Of a stretch of 64,000 nucleotides of DNA, positions 12,101-18,203 are shown piece after piece. A program made the position numbers and the translations under genes. A model generated the notes under the pieces. It was not told where the DNA came from. It searched no databases and saw only the letters and a program-made list of their open reading frames with translations. The DNA lies in NCBI GenBank assembly GCA_944376845.1, contig CALWDZ010000006.1:964-64963 (forward strand). The letters are read 5' to 3'. Numbering within the stretch: the stretch's first letter is position 1; every line of letters begins with the position of its first letter. This DNA comes from an uncultured Clostridia bacterium. GTDB lineage: Bacteria > Bacillota > Clostridia > Christensenellales > UBA1242.

Positions 12101-12899
12101 AGAAGGCAGTTCACTTAGCATTCAAACCCAATATATAATCAGTGTTTATGGTGTTGCGTATACAAACCGTGGTACTATTTCAAATATTATAAATTACTAT
12201 AGCATGGATCTTAGAAATACAACAAGTTCAGCAGGTACACGAGCAAACTTTGCACTTGTTGGTACAAATTATGGTACAGTTGATATGGTCGCAAATTATG
12301 CAGATATTTATCTTCAAACCACTTTGACATCAAGTGCGGGTATAGTTGCTACAAATCGTGGTACTGTGCTAAGAGCGGTATTTACAGGCGATGTAACACT
12401 CAATATTGCTAGAGATAATCAAGGTTCAATAGATTTTGTATTCGGCGGAATTGTAGGAACAAACACTTCGGGAACAATCAGTTATGCATACACAATTTCA
12501 AATATGACCATTGCAAGAAGTGCACGTGCTACATCAAACGAAACGGTGAGAATAGCAGGACTTGTTGGCTCGTCCAACAACGGAAATATTACCTCTGCGT
12601 ATGTAAGTGTAGATATTTCGGCGACAACAACCATAGGCAGAACAGGTGATATTGCACTATTTATTGCAAATGTAACAACTGTTTCTTCATCACAAGAAAC
12701 TGTAACAAGATTTGCAAATTCGTCTAGTGAATATTCCGCAGTGCTTGGAACAAGTGCAACAAACTTCCAAGTTGACACATATCAAACAGTTCCTTCAGGG
12801 CTTGCACTCAATGGTTCATATCCATACTTTACAATGAATGAAAATAATTTCCCAGTTCTTGTATTTGAAGCATCGCTTAAAGGCTCGTGGGGACTATAA
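3165..12899 (+). CDS. Giant (3244 aa) lipoprotein-anchored surface protein: Big_2-like domain, roughly two dozen FN3/Ig-like modules, C-terminal GLUG-motif beta-helix-like region
   Basis: Signal peptide with lipobox (..MVAFFAC|GEE). The N-terminus has a Big_2-like segment (VVTVEDGEITAVGAGTTFVEISW). ~90-100-aa modules recur with the pattern 'L..P..i....g.isW......Y.v'. The C-terminal ~600 aa starts 'GTSDNPYLIETSQHFANI' and carries repeated G-L/I-V-G..N.G.I motifs (RIAGLVGSSNNGNITSAYV). AGGAG RBS upstream and a strong terminator after the stop. Confidence 0.85.
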   Translation: MKKITSYILSIFCIFTMVAFFACGEEHNLKLEQNYIEMSIGDDFDISSILTLENINQDEVSFRAFDQNVVTVEDGEITAVGAGTTFVEISWENLVDNLEVKVLGEPLTLPLVSGLDYDTQSGQVVWNNVLVNQGGQTTIANSYTVQITDKQGQATEEIVYTNSFAFNRVGEFSISVKANDNIQNGNVVYYGSEYCQPIKVNILSAPFNITYDDETNTLSWDADESITNFKVIVNGLSSGIISTNSYVVDLTSTSDDAQTIYNIQVLSTLSTSEEDVILVEGQSEISTFTRLYSPALSITNGYITWENNQSGDFHYELSYQSANGTNGTVTVTGGRYELANIPAGLYTLSLSVVANGTNYLTSQTPSTLSGVEKLAIPVLLFDYTQRTLSVTDYENKDIQLEITYGTETQNITLENGKYVLSDLRAGTYTVVARSLAGESELELSSDLSNQLTIIQLPQVDLANITQSVVEGKYVVNFEKQEDLTYTLTYFDGENTFDLNFDGEGYGNVDEIFDEAKEYTITITTSKENSVQGTYYLPSQTNIYLERQPDVVLSDNKHSNNSHTISWDAQNYASGYSYIVTKNGEPFYQGQTNLTSLDLQNLEYGHYKVCVKALGGDVAGKLYLDSLNYGECSFDVTLPLSAPEIEFDRDSLTATISKVENATKYLVTLNEEEIEFVDNGETLSLDLSENLALAGSYVLSVTAQNEDELILDSAVSTITIVKHIAPNNFNISQSGIISINTDVPAEQLSQEKFEIKIGDEITNQIGNLGEYKVEGKLVATEQIIDNTYYLDSDYSTFTVQRVQTPDKPVLDETILSWQGIDLPNFEYLVLLYQNENVARIRLNTTTLDVLSELVSGNQIDAAQDFNATITYQFTGADVVVNSDTIVYFTSSESEATTVHKIKSDLAMTVSESDGIVTATWEASETPDVTYELTIDDDVVTTQNTTSFGITTYVAQAGTYTLRLKISKLGYISSEYIQIYVTRLESVDEIAIDEDENVEAITDYQVDNELQNIQIRVNDEDITNLFELSGKFDVKVKLIAKVYKSGERYFLDSAETTFSFERINTLNTPMIDESGLMSFDSVREIESYMLKIAAQDLEQVYETALSQVYIDSEDILTIIEALGGYDFTASVKAYVGEFTISAGESHFLSSYYSDTVDFHKLYSPQNVKVVSNDSSDFTQAEIKVSWDYDFENADVYGFKIDVVMGASTNSYESVRQSTEYIISNALLSGDYYVVITALGQNNYIDSIGVQSQTFTRLNAPQSLAISQNAVLTFMGANNASGYVITYTNNAGVSGQVESSSTTVDLSQKLYANAFSGNISINVYAKGNGTSTFTSPSSQTLTVTKAKEGEITLYTDKLVAGSTTADTQNFDYLITITQNNRIVKELILNYSDEYIFEDFAYQDNNQKVNTNIDMDYVVTVTRRLNDVNYILSDETTYTFTKLGSVQNLGFLKLEEGEDATIYFRANSVTNATGYLLKVGDNEITDLVFDNQNGYIRVAITNDIYTLLGSNFTFEIYAKGLIDQTGSGVNYVNSSITSISGTVLPQVTGFMVSNGVLVWDKVDEAFDYALNIDGETILTDYVNNGVHTLTEDLYGKSGDFKLNIKALGNVETSLVSQNVVLDSLYTENLVCSKLETINNLAVTNGYISFSKLQGESVSYQGLISGNIYDLTEQMLDDNQQAFSTFYSEEMYNYFSDNDVYTLTVRAVTDLDNVLYSDQSSSIKVKLLNNDTVGSLKVTLKKLNNTYDYTQSYLTWTDTQTAEFGYNLQIDDTYRPVFTTEYQLDTEDEPLSAGTHTARISVMGSGEVDSDGVYSLNSKPAEVLTFTKLDTPTPSLTDGLLSWATVGGAGGYLLYLDGNLIVESPVTSGNTYKLSPKDQNDNITYDRYEVQAVPSANTNYIASTKGVYTNEDGTDKQVTQLSPPDMFRIQDGALTWDINLDTFGGLGGILGGTIKDFLDGTGTLKSPFTVSMESLQDNLRDRITLRLSGSSGVYEYIDRAAYYCLLDEGLLTYIPQNVQDMLTFYGWPSLNNNYTDFGSDIPAGLYSLSINQLGNSDDQLTSNFGGTKQVYIPYAPVVKLVYTDNSYVLRWDKITIPADYYSDEVKYIVYGIKETINEYEETVIERVMLTDAAGITATQFNLTELIQDGTIDESFTSFAVYVRGDNNMVLNGKVSNFITVSVLDETTAYVRNGELYWNPQQSASSYIVTYEEAGTGTSNQVVLTEAYWDTSELSSDVSYYNIYIQATGDRNPDGSTTNVVLTGPKTLVGQLTKLVSPSPVVENGIFYWDNIDNSTSYNVYITPQDSAQNIVSVSNAVDENNRISYQSITLGQNVEYTFKAMGDLDVQLSDGVTAYVNSAESDIIYATLVPSVQDVVATSGELVWDKVTNYNNALIKFYRVVLQKIDNNGTPLDSEIILTGDYTSTSGQAVYSCSGLDAGRYQVEVSGYFTTSDNLGKYEYNGETAYYLMGAPSSVYTFEKYETVVGYDESGLVDNIVIRDGVLSWTYGGNIENRNYDYELRFTTPTNVFSIVIDEETYSGAIVNALVVPGTIELEIRVVAREGLEGQGYVNSEYLQFVNVNHSDSPYIYQLDGIQDNQIRLGTVGESEDLHIIWDSYTATSNSNIADIDVQYLVTYYTSLDTTPRTKIIDTPYISTTEFNYSINESYTLYYTITVLPLGDESYVASYPSSVREIQKPESVAEVTYNATEMYFTWPTEGTSTDHVFRIKDEVLAVDEDGDIIYQNGEPVVLRTYLFTTSDNTTNRYYPVEMGAHKVSVAVVVKNSTGIDGSLTSDYTYYYDPVLEPDNELVGTAVTINLFKVTATSVDVYGGMGTSDNPYLIETSQHFANIMYRLNKPEYENSYTLTVNDSDTHVTLTDEDRYFHFKQIADLAGVAPLGANEIIEFTAIYDGDMHSITWEYDLRNISTSQSMRQYVALFGNIAEQSAVRNLRVYVDLVTQMVTGSTVSLVAFENYGTIDNIVLGAEGSSLSIQTQYIISVYGVAYTNRGTISNIINYYSMDLRNTTSSAGTRANFALVGTNYGTVDMVANYADIYLQTTLTSSAGIVATNRGTVLRAVFTGDVTLNIARDNQGSIDFVFGGIVGTNTSGTISYAYTISNMTIARSARATSNETVRIAGLVGSSNNGNITSAYVSVDISATTTIGRTGDIALFIANVTTVSSSQETVTRFANSSSEYSAVLGTSATNFQVDTYQTVPSGLALNGSYPYFTMNENNFPVLVFEASLKGSWGL

Positions 12900-12907
12900 A
12901 ATAAAAA

Positions 12908-12938
12908 AATCATACCTAAACAAAGGTATGATTTTTTT
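12908..12938 (+). terminator. Rho-independent terminator of the giant surface-protein gene
   Basis: Hairpin aatcatacct / aggtatgatt (12908-12917 / 12924-12933) followed by a T7 run. Confidence 0.8.
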
Positions 12939-12980
12939 GGATGGCTAGATGTCGAGTTTGGAAAAAATATCGATTGTTTT

Positions 12981-13547
12981 TTACTTTATGACCTTTAAGT
13001 CCTTAATATTTACTGAAATACAATTATCATTAAATTCCCCATGTTTATCTATTTCAGAGAAATCAACAAGAATTGAATTTGAAATTGCATAATCAATGGC
13101 GATATAGCCGATGGCTCCTTTATGTAAACCAAATTTAAGATATTTTTCATCTTCGGTGATTAACTCGACTTTATCACATTCTTTAAATTCCAAGTTTTCA
13201 AAGTTGTGTTTTTTGTTAATATTTTCTTTAGAAAGTTTATTGGAATTTTTTAGTTCATTTATAAAATCTAACGGAAGTGAAATGTCTTGTTTTTTGACAT
13301 CTATCTTATTTACAACGACCACGGCATAATCACCGACTATTTTGTCGTTTAAAAAAAGAACCTGTAATTTTTCATATGGTAAAACTTTTAAAATTATACC
13401 GTTTGTATTTAGATATAAGTTTTTATTTTTATAGTCTTGTCTAAGATTTATCAAGGTGACAATGTCATTCTCTTTCATTTTATCCAACTTATTATATACA
13501 AAATTTCCATCGTTATCAATTTTTATTAGGTCATCAAAGATACTCAT
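12981..13547 (-). CDS. Hypothetical protein (two tandem small beta-rich domains; no recognisable catalytic motif)
   Basis: 188-aa ORF with a GGAGA RBS. The internal halves are similar (..DIVTLINL..NGIILKVL.. / ..DKVELITE..GAIGYIAI..). Confidence 0.45.
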   Translation of the reverse strand: MSIFDDLIKIDNDGNFVYNKLDKMKENDIVTLINLRQDYKNKNLYLNTNGIILKVLPYEKLQVLFLNDKIVGDYAVVVVNKIDVKKQDISLPLDFINELKNSNKLSKENINKKHNFENLEFKECDKVELITEDEKYLKFGLHKGAIGYIAIDYAISNSILVDFSEIDKHGEFNDNCISVNIKDLKVIK

Positions 13548-13685
13548 ATTTTATCATATTCTCCCTTTTTATAAAAACTTTTTTATATAAAAAAGAGTAA
13601 CACTTAAAATTTCTATTTTTCAATGTTTTGTGACAGTCTTTTGTTATTTGGTTATATAAAATATTTTTACTTAATAAAATACAAT

Positions 13686-14375
13686 ATGAAAATTTTAATT
13701 GTTAAGAAAAAGACAATTTGCATATTTTTGGCAATTTTGTTAATATTTTGTTCTATTTTGGGTATTTTTTATGCAGTGAGTGCAACTTCTTCGCCAAAAC
13801 ATAATTACACAGTTGTGGTGGATGCTGGGCACGGTGGTATTGATAATGGCTCAATAGGCTATGCGGGAACACTTGAAAGTGAGATAAATTTATGGTATGC
13901 AAACACATTAAAAGACTATTTAAGTCAGTTTGGTTTTAAAGTGGTTATGACTCGCTCAGACGACAATGGGCTTTATAGCCCATTTGCTCAAAATAAGAAA
14001 AAAGATGATATGCAGGCAAGACAAAAGATAATTGAGAAATCTAAGCCTGATATGGTTATAAGTATACATATGAATAGTTTTTCTCAGGTTTCATCTCGCG
14101 GTGCACAAGTCTTCTACGCAAAAGACAGCACGCTCGGGGAACTTTTAGCACAAAAAATTCAAGAACAGTTTAAAAAAACCCTTGTTAAACCAAGAAGTAG
14201 TTGCCAAGTTGGAGATTATTTTATAGTCAACTGCACATCTTACCCAAGTGTTATTGTGGAGTGTGGTTTTATTTCCAATCCTGAAGAAGAACAACTACTC
14301 TTAACAGAAGATTATAAAAACCAAGTTTGTTATAGTGTGGTTTGTGGAGTACTTTCTTATCTTATGGAAACGTGA
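13686..14375 (+). CDS. cwlD: N-acetylmuramoyl-L-alanine amidase (Amidase_3), CwlD-like with N-terminal membrane anchor
   Basis: The motifs 'VVVDAGHGGIDNGSIG', 'ISIHMNSF', 'GAQVFY' and 'VIVECGFISNPEE' are the Amidase_3 zinc-site signature. Size and N-terminal TM match CwlD. The start was moved to the internal ATG at 13686 (MKILIV..); the track ORF begins at 13623. Confidence 0.8.
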   Translation: MKILIVKKKTICIFLAILLIFCSILGIFYAVSATSSPKHNYTVVVDAGHGGIDNGSIGYAGTLESEINLWYANTLKDYLSQFGFKVVMTRSDDNGLYSPFAQNKKKDDMQARQKIIEKSKPDMVISIHMNSFSQVSSRGAQVFYAKDSTLGELLAQKIQEQFKKTLVKPRSSCQVGDYFIVNCTSYPSVIVECGFISNPEEEQLLLTEDYKNQVCYSVVCGVLSYLMET

Positions 14376-14690
14376 TTTCTCGCTTACGCTCGAAATGACA
14401 CCCACTTGCTATTCTGGATGTACATTTTTTGTCATTCTTGGCTACCTTTTGTCATTCTGAGCGAAGCGAAGAATCTCTTTAACTCAAGAAATCCAGCGGA
14501 GTGCCGAAAGCGCAGTTTTTGCCCAGTGTCATTCTGAGCCGAAGGCGAAGAATCTCAGGAAAAGAGATCCTTCGTCAGCCGTCAGGGAAGCGGTTCTCAG
14601 GATGACACTACGCCCCTGGTCATTCTGAGCGTCAGCGAAGAATCTCAAGGCCCTTTGCTCCGCTCAGGGTGACAGAGTGATGATTTAATA
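14376..14690 (+). repeat. Intergenic cluster of A-type hairpin repeats (units at 14451-14477, 14526-14608, 14619-14673, plus degenerate arms)
   Basis: gtcattctgagc..gaagaatctc recurs three times. Long hairpins pair gtgtcattctgag with ctcaggatgacac or cgctcagggtgac. Confidence 0.85.
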
Positions 14691-14748
14691 GTTTTAATTT
14701 AGATATAAAATATTATTTTTTTTAATTTGTTTATGATATAATATAATT

Positions 14749-15684
14749 ATGACAGTGCTTGAAATTGTTTTTTTAAGTTTATTTTTAGTTGTCGCAACTA
14801 TTGTGATATATCTTTTTATTTCCAGCGAAATTAAATATTGGTTGACGCTTAAAAAAGGTTGCTTATTTGGAACAATTATATATCGATATACAATAAAAAC
14901 ACAAAAAAAGTATAAAATTGACCTTTCTTGGTGGGAAACTCAAAAAGTTGAAGAAATAAATATTATTTCACACGATAAACTTAAATTGCAAGGTTATTTT
15001 TTGCATAAAGACGATAAAAAAATTGCAGTCGTTGTGCATGGTTATGGCACCTGCGCTTTTGCTATGCAACAATATGTAAAAATGTTTTTTGACTTTGGCT
15101 ACTCCGTGCTTGCAATTGATAATCGTGCACATGGTAAAAGCCAAGGCAAGTGCATAACAATGGGATATTTTGAGCATAAAGACCTGGCTTTATGGGTGGA
15201 TTATTTAGTTAAAAGATATAAAGATAGTGAAATTGTTGTTTTTGGACTAAGTATGGGCGGGGCGACTGTTTGCCTATATAGTGGAGACAAAAAACCAAAA
15301 AATGTAAAGGCAATTATTAGTGATTGCGGTTATTATAACGCCTATGATGTTGTACAAAATTTATGTGAGCAAAGTATTATTTTAAACTTTTTTCCTTCGC
15401 TTTTTGTTTATAATCAATATTTAAAATTGCGTGCAAAGTTTAAGTTATCAGATATAGATGTAAAATCTTCAATACAAAAATGCAATGTACCAATTCTTTT
15501 AATTCATGGTAGCCGTGATAAATTTGTACCTTTTTATATGCAAGAAGTGTTATATAAAAATGCACCACCATCGCTTTGCCAAAAATATGTAGTGCAGGGA
15601 GCGGGGCATGCTGAAAGTATGACAGTGGCGGGAGAAGATTATATAAATGCGGTTAAAAAATTTTTATCACCTATTATAAAGTAA
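14749..15684 (+). CDS. Alpha/beta-hydrolase fold protein with N-terminal TM anchor
   Basis: 311 aa. The nucleophile elbow 'GLSMGG', 'HGSRDKFVP' (Asp region) and 'GAGHA' (His) give an S-D-H triad order typical of alpha/beta hydrolases. Confidence 0.8.
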   Translation: MTVLEIVFLSLFLVVATIVIYLFISSEIKYWLTLKKGCLFGTIIYRYTIKTQKKYKIDLSWWETQKVEEINIISHDKLKLQGYFLHKDDKKIAVVVHGYGTCAFAMQQYVKMFFDFGYSVLAIDNRAHGKSQGKCITMGYFEHKDLALWVDYLVKRYKDSEIVVFGLSMGGATVCLYSGDKKPKNVKAIISDCGYYNAYDVVQNLCEQSIILNFFPSLFVYNQYLKLRAKFKLSDIDVKSSIQKCNVPILLIHGSRDKFVPFYMQEVLYKNAPPSLCQKYVVQGAGHAESMTVAGEDYINAVKKFLSPIIK

Positions 15685-15708
15685 AATCTTGTTACGCATA
15701 CTAAAAAT

Positions 15709-15900
15709 ATGGGTTACTATAACTATCATGCCAAGATTAAGCAAAAAATAAAAGACGGTGAACTTGTAAGATTTGAATTTGTAGATAATTACAAAAATTA
15801 TTCACCGTGTTTGGTTTTATATTTTAGCGATGGCAAAGTCTATCCAATAAAAGAATATATGTTTGATGAGTATTTACAATTGTTAGACATCAAAGATTGA
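15709..15900 (+). CDS. Small hypothetical protein (63 aa)
   Basis: ORF only, with no clear RBS. It is wedged between the hydrolase gene and a repeat cluster. Confidence 0.3.
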   Translation: MGYYNYHAKIKQKIKDGELVRFEFVDNYKNYSPCLVLYFSDGKVYPIKEYMFDEYLQLLDIKD

Positions 15901-16375
15901 ACGTTCTGTCCCTTCGCCTTACCTTCTGTCTTTCTGAGCCTTACCTTCGTGATGTGTCATTCTGAGCGTAGCGAAGAATCTCTTTAAGTCAAGAAATCCA
16001 GCGGATTTCTTCCATAGAGTCACGGCATCGTCAGAACCTACGCATATGGGCTAAAAATTGCTAGACGCAATTTGTATCGCCTTAATGCTTGGTTCTTCCT
16101 CTCCCCAAAAAGTTTCCATAGGTACTTTTTGGGGGCCCCGAAAAAGCAACGCAGTGCGGTTTTCGTTTGGCCGTGAGAAAAAGGGCACAAAACAAGCAAC
16201 AAGCACTACATTTTGCCGTTACTAAGGCAAAATTGTGCCGAAAGCGCGGTTTTTGCCCAGTGTCATTCTGAGCCGAAGGCGAAGAATCTCGAGACCCTTC
16301 GCTTCGCTCAGGGTGACACGGATTTGTGTTATTTTACGCTCAGGGTGACATCGGGTTGATTTTTTAAATGCTTAA
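15901..16375 (+). repeat. Intergenic mosaic repeat cluster (A-type 15956-15982 and 16260-16319; B hairpin 15991-16011; D-type 16046-16150; C module 16234-16259)
   Basis: It shares modules with 1-41, 2905-3010 and 14451-14560. 16260-16319 is a ~25-bp-stem hairpin (gtgtcattctgagccgaaggcgaag .. cttcgcttcgctcagggtgacac). Confidence 0.85.
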
Positions 16376-16393
16376 TGTTATACTTTTTCCATA

Positions 16394-17860
16394 ATGTTAA
16401 ATAGCACTAGAAAAAGTATAAGAAGATATGTACTAATTGCACTAAGTATTGCAATTATGATTTTGTTTAAATTTGTAGAACCGCCAAGTGGGCTTTCTTC
16501 AAATGCCATGGCGGTTGTTGGCGTTTTTTTAGGTACACTTATTTTATGGCTTTTTGTATCAATTGATTGGCCAAGCCTACTTTGTATTTTGATGCTTGGA
16601 ATACTTGCAAATTTGGACTTTAAAACACTTTTTTCTGCAAGTTTTGGTAGTGACACTTTTGTATTTTTGCTTTGTACATTTATTTGCACTTATGCTTTAA
16701 GCAAAACAAATATTGTCAAAAATATCGCAATTTGGTTTGTGTCAAACCGCTTAGCCAAAAAAGGACCTTGGTGGTTTGTAACAATGTTCTTTTTTAGCGT
16801 AATCTTTTTAGGATGTTTTATGTCGCCATCTGTACTTTTTGTTGTACTTTTGCCCATACTTGAAAGTATTTATAAAATTGCAGGTATAGAAAAAAATTCA
16901 AAAGTTTCAAGTATGCTCATGATGGGGCTTGCGTTTTGTGTTTCAATTTCCTCGGGTATGACACCTATTGCTCATGTCTTTCCAGTCATAAGTTTTGGAA
17001 TTTATGAACAAATTACCGGGGCTTCAATAAATTATGCGTCATATATGGCTATGGCAATTCCAGTTGGCATTGTTGTTACTATACTTATGATTTTAATGTT
17101 TAGAGTTATACTAAGACCAGACGTTGAAAAACTTAAAAATATAGATATAGATGCTCTAAAGCAACAAAAGCAAAAACTAAACAAAAGGGACATCATAACA
17201 CTTATTATATTTTGTGTTATGATTACAATTTGGGTTTTGCCAAGTTTACTACAAAATGTTTGGAATGAGTTTTATACACTGTTTAATGGTTATACAACGG
17301 CTTTTGCATCACTTGTGGGCGTCGTGCTTATGTGCATAGTCCACATAAATGGCAAACCAATAGTCAGTATAAAAGAAGCGACAAGTGGTGGAGTGCCATT
17401 TTCAAGCATTATTATGTGTGCGGGCACACTTGCTCTTTCAAGTGCCTTAACCAGTGACAGTATTGGGCTTGTTACATACATAACTCAAAATCTTTCCACT
17501 GTTTTAAGTTCACTTTCGCCATACCTTCTTGTGTGTATTTTTGCATTTTGGGCATTGCTTCAAACCAACTTTTCATCAAATATGGTTACAGCCACAGTTG
17601 TCACAACAGTTGCAGTACCAATAATTTTTGCAGTATCGCAAAGCGGAACAATAAATGTAACTGCTACGGTTGCCGCCATTGTTGGTATGCTTTCCGCCTA
17701 TGCATTTATGACACCACCAAGTATGCCGCATATTGCCATTGCAAGTGCAAGTGGTTGGTCAAATACAAAACATTTTTTGGTATATGGTACGATTTTAGCG
17801 ATATTTTCCTTGATTTTATCGGTAACTTTGGGATATTTTATAGGAATAGCACTTTTTTAG
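16394..17860 (+). CDS. DASS/SLC13-type anion:sodium symporter family permease (ArsB/NhaD superfamily)
   Basis: 488 aa and polytopic (12 or more hydrophobic segments). A central hydrophilic loop and duplicated halves match di/tricarboxylate or sulfate symporters. Confidence 0.65.
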   Translation: MLNSTRKSIRRYVLIALSIAIMILFKFVEPPSGLSSNAMAVVGVFLGTLILWLFVSIDWPSLLCILMLGILANLDFKTLFSASFGSDTFVFLLCTFICTYALSKTNIVKNIAIWFVSNRLAKKGPWWFVTMFFFSVIFLGCFMSPSVLFVVLLPILESIYKIAGIEKNSKVSSMLMMGLAFCVSISSGMTPIAHVFPVISFGIYEQITGASINYASYMAMAIPVGIVVTILMILMFRVILRPDVEKLKNIDIDALKQQKQKLNKRDIITLIIFCVMITIWVLPSLLQNVWNEFYTLFNGYTTAFASLVGVVLMCIVHINGKPIVSIKEATSGGVPFSSIIMCAGTLALSSALTSDSIGLVTYITQNLSTVLSSLSPYLLVCIFAFWALLQTNFSSNMVTATVVTTVAVPIIFAVSQSGTINVTATVAAIVGMLSAYAFMTPPSMPHIAIASASGWSNTKHFLVYGTILAIFSLILSVTLGYFIGIALF

Positions 17861-17869
17861 GAGAAAAAT

Positions 17870-18142
17870 ATGGAATTATTAGATTTAAGAAAACAATTGG
17901 AAGATGTTGATAAAAAAATGGCTTCGCTTTTTGAACAGAGAATGGAGATTATTGAAAACGTAAGAAAATATAAAAATGCACACAAAATGGATGTCTATGA
18001 CTCCGTGCGCGAAAATGATATGCATAATAAATATAAAGATTATATAATAAACAAAGATTTAATGTCATATTATTTTATGTTTCTTGAAAGCACTCTTTTA
18101 ATTTCTAAAAATTATATGTATGATAAAAATCAAGATGTATAA
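17870..18142 (+). CDS. Chorismate mutase, AroQ class (CM_2)
   Basis: 90 aa. 'LLDLRKQLEDVDKKMASLFEQRMEIIENVRKYK' matches the AroQ helix-1 pattern L..lR..Id.iD..l..Ll..R. AGGAGA RBS. Confidence 0.7.
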   Translation: MELLDLRKQLEDVDKKMASLFEQRMEIIENVRKYKNAHKMDVYDSVRENDMHNKYKDYIINKDLMSYYFMFLESTLLISKNYMYDKNQDV

Positions 18143-18146
18143 TATC

Positions 18147-18176
18147 TTGAATTTTTATATGTATATGTGGTATAAT
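18147..18176 (+). promoter_or_regulatory. Sigma-A-type promoter upstream of typA (extended -10)
   Basis: TTGAAT (18147-18152), 18-nt spacer, TGgTATAAT (-10 at 18171-18176, TG at 18168-18169). Confidence 0.5.
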
Positions 18177-18203
18177 CTTTTGGTTAATTTTTAGGAGTAC
18201 TTT

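Noticed and set aside
4522-12778. Many 60-100-aa ORFs inside or antisense to the giant gene (for example 4522-4722, 5045-5353, 9259-9498, 12482-12778)
   Set aside because: They are nested within a continuous 9.7-kb ORF with coherent domain structure, and their translations are low-complexity. The same reasoning applies to antisense ORFs inside typA, dnaB, glyQS, ABC-F, ftsH, aspS, lysS, gyrB and the element's large genes.
14376-16375. Possible CRISPR array or integron attC cassette array
   Set aside because: The repeats are not regularly spaced with unique spacers. Units are mosaic and of different lengths, and there are no cas genes. No IntI integrase and no RYYYAAC/GTTRRRY attC core pairs were seen.
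17533-17910. 125-aa + strand ORF overlapping the transporter's 3' end and the chorismate mutase start
   Set aside because: It is an alternative frame of the transporter gene with a Cys/Tyr/Asn-rich composition, and it conflicts with two well-supported genes.
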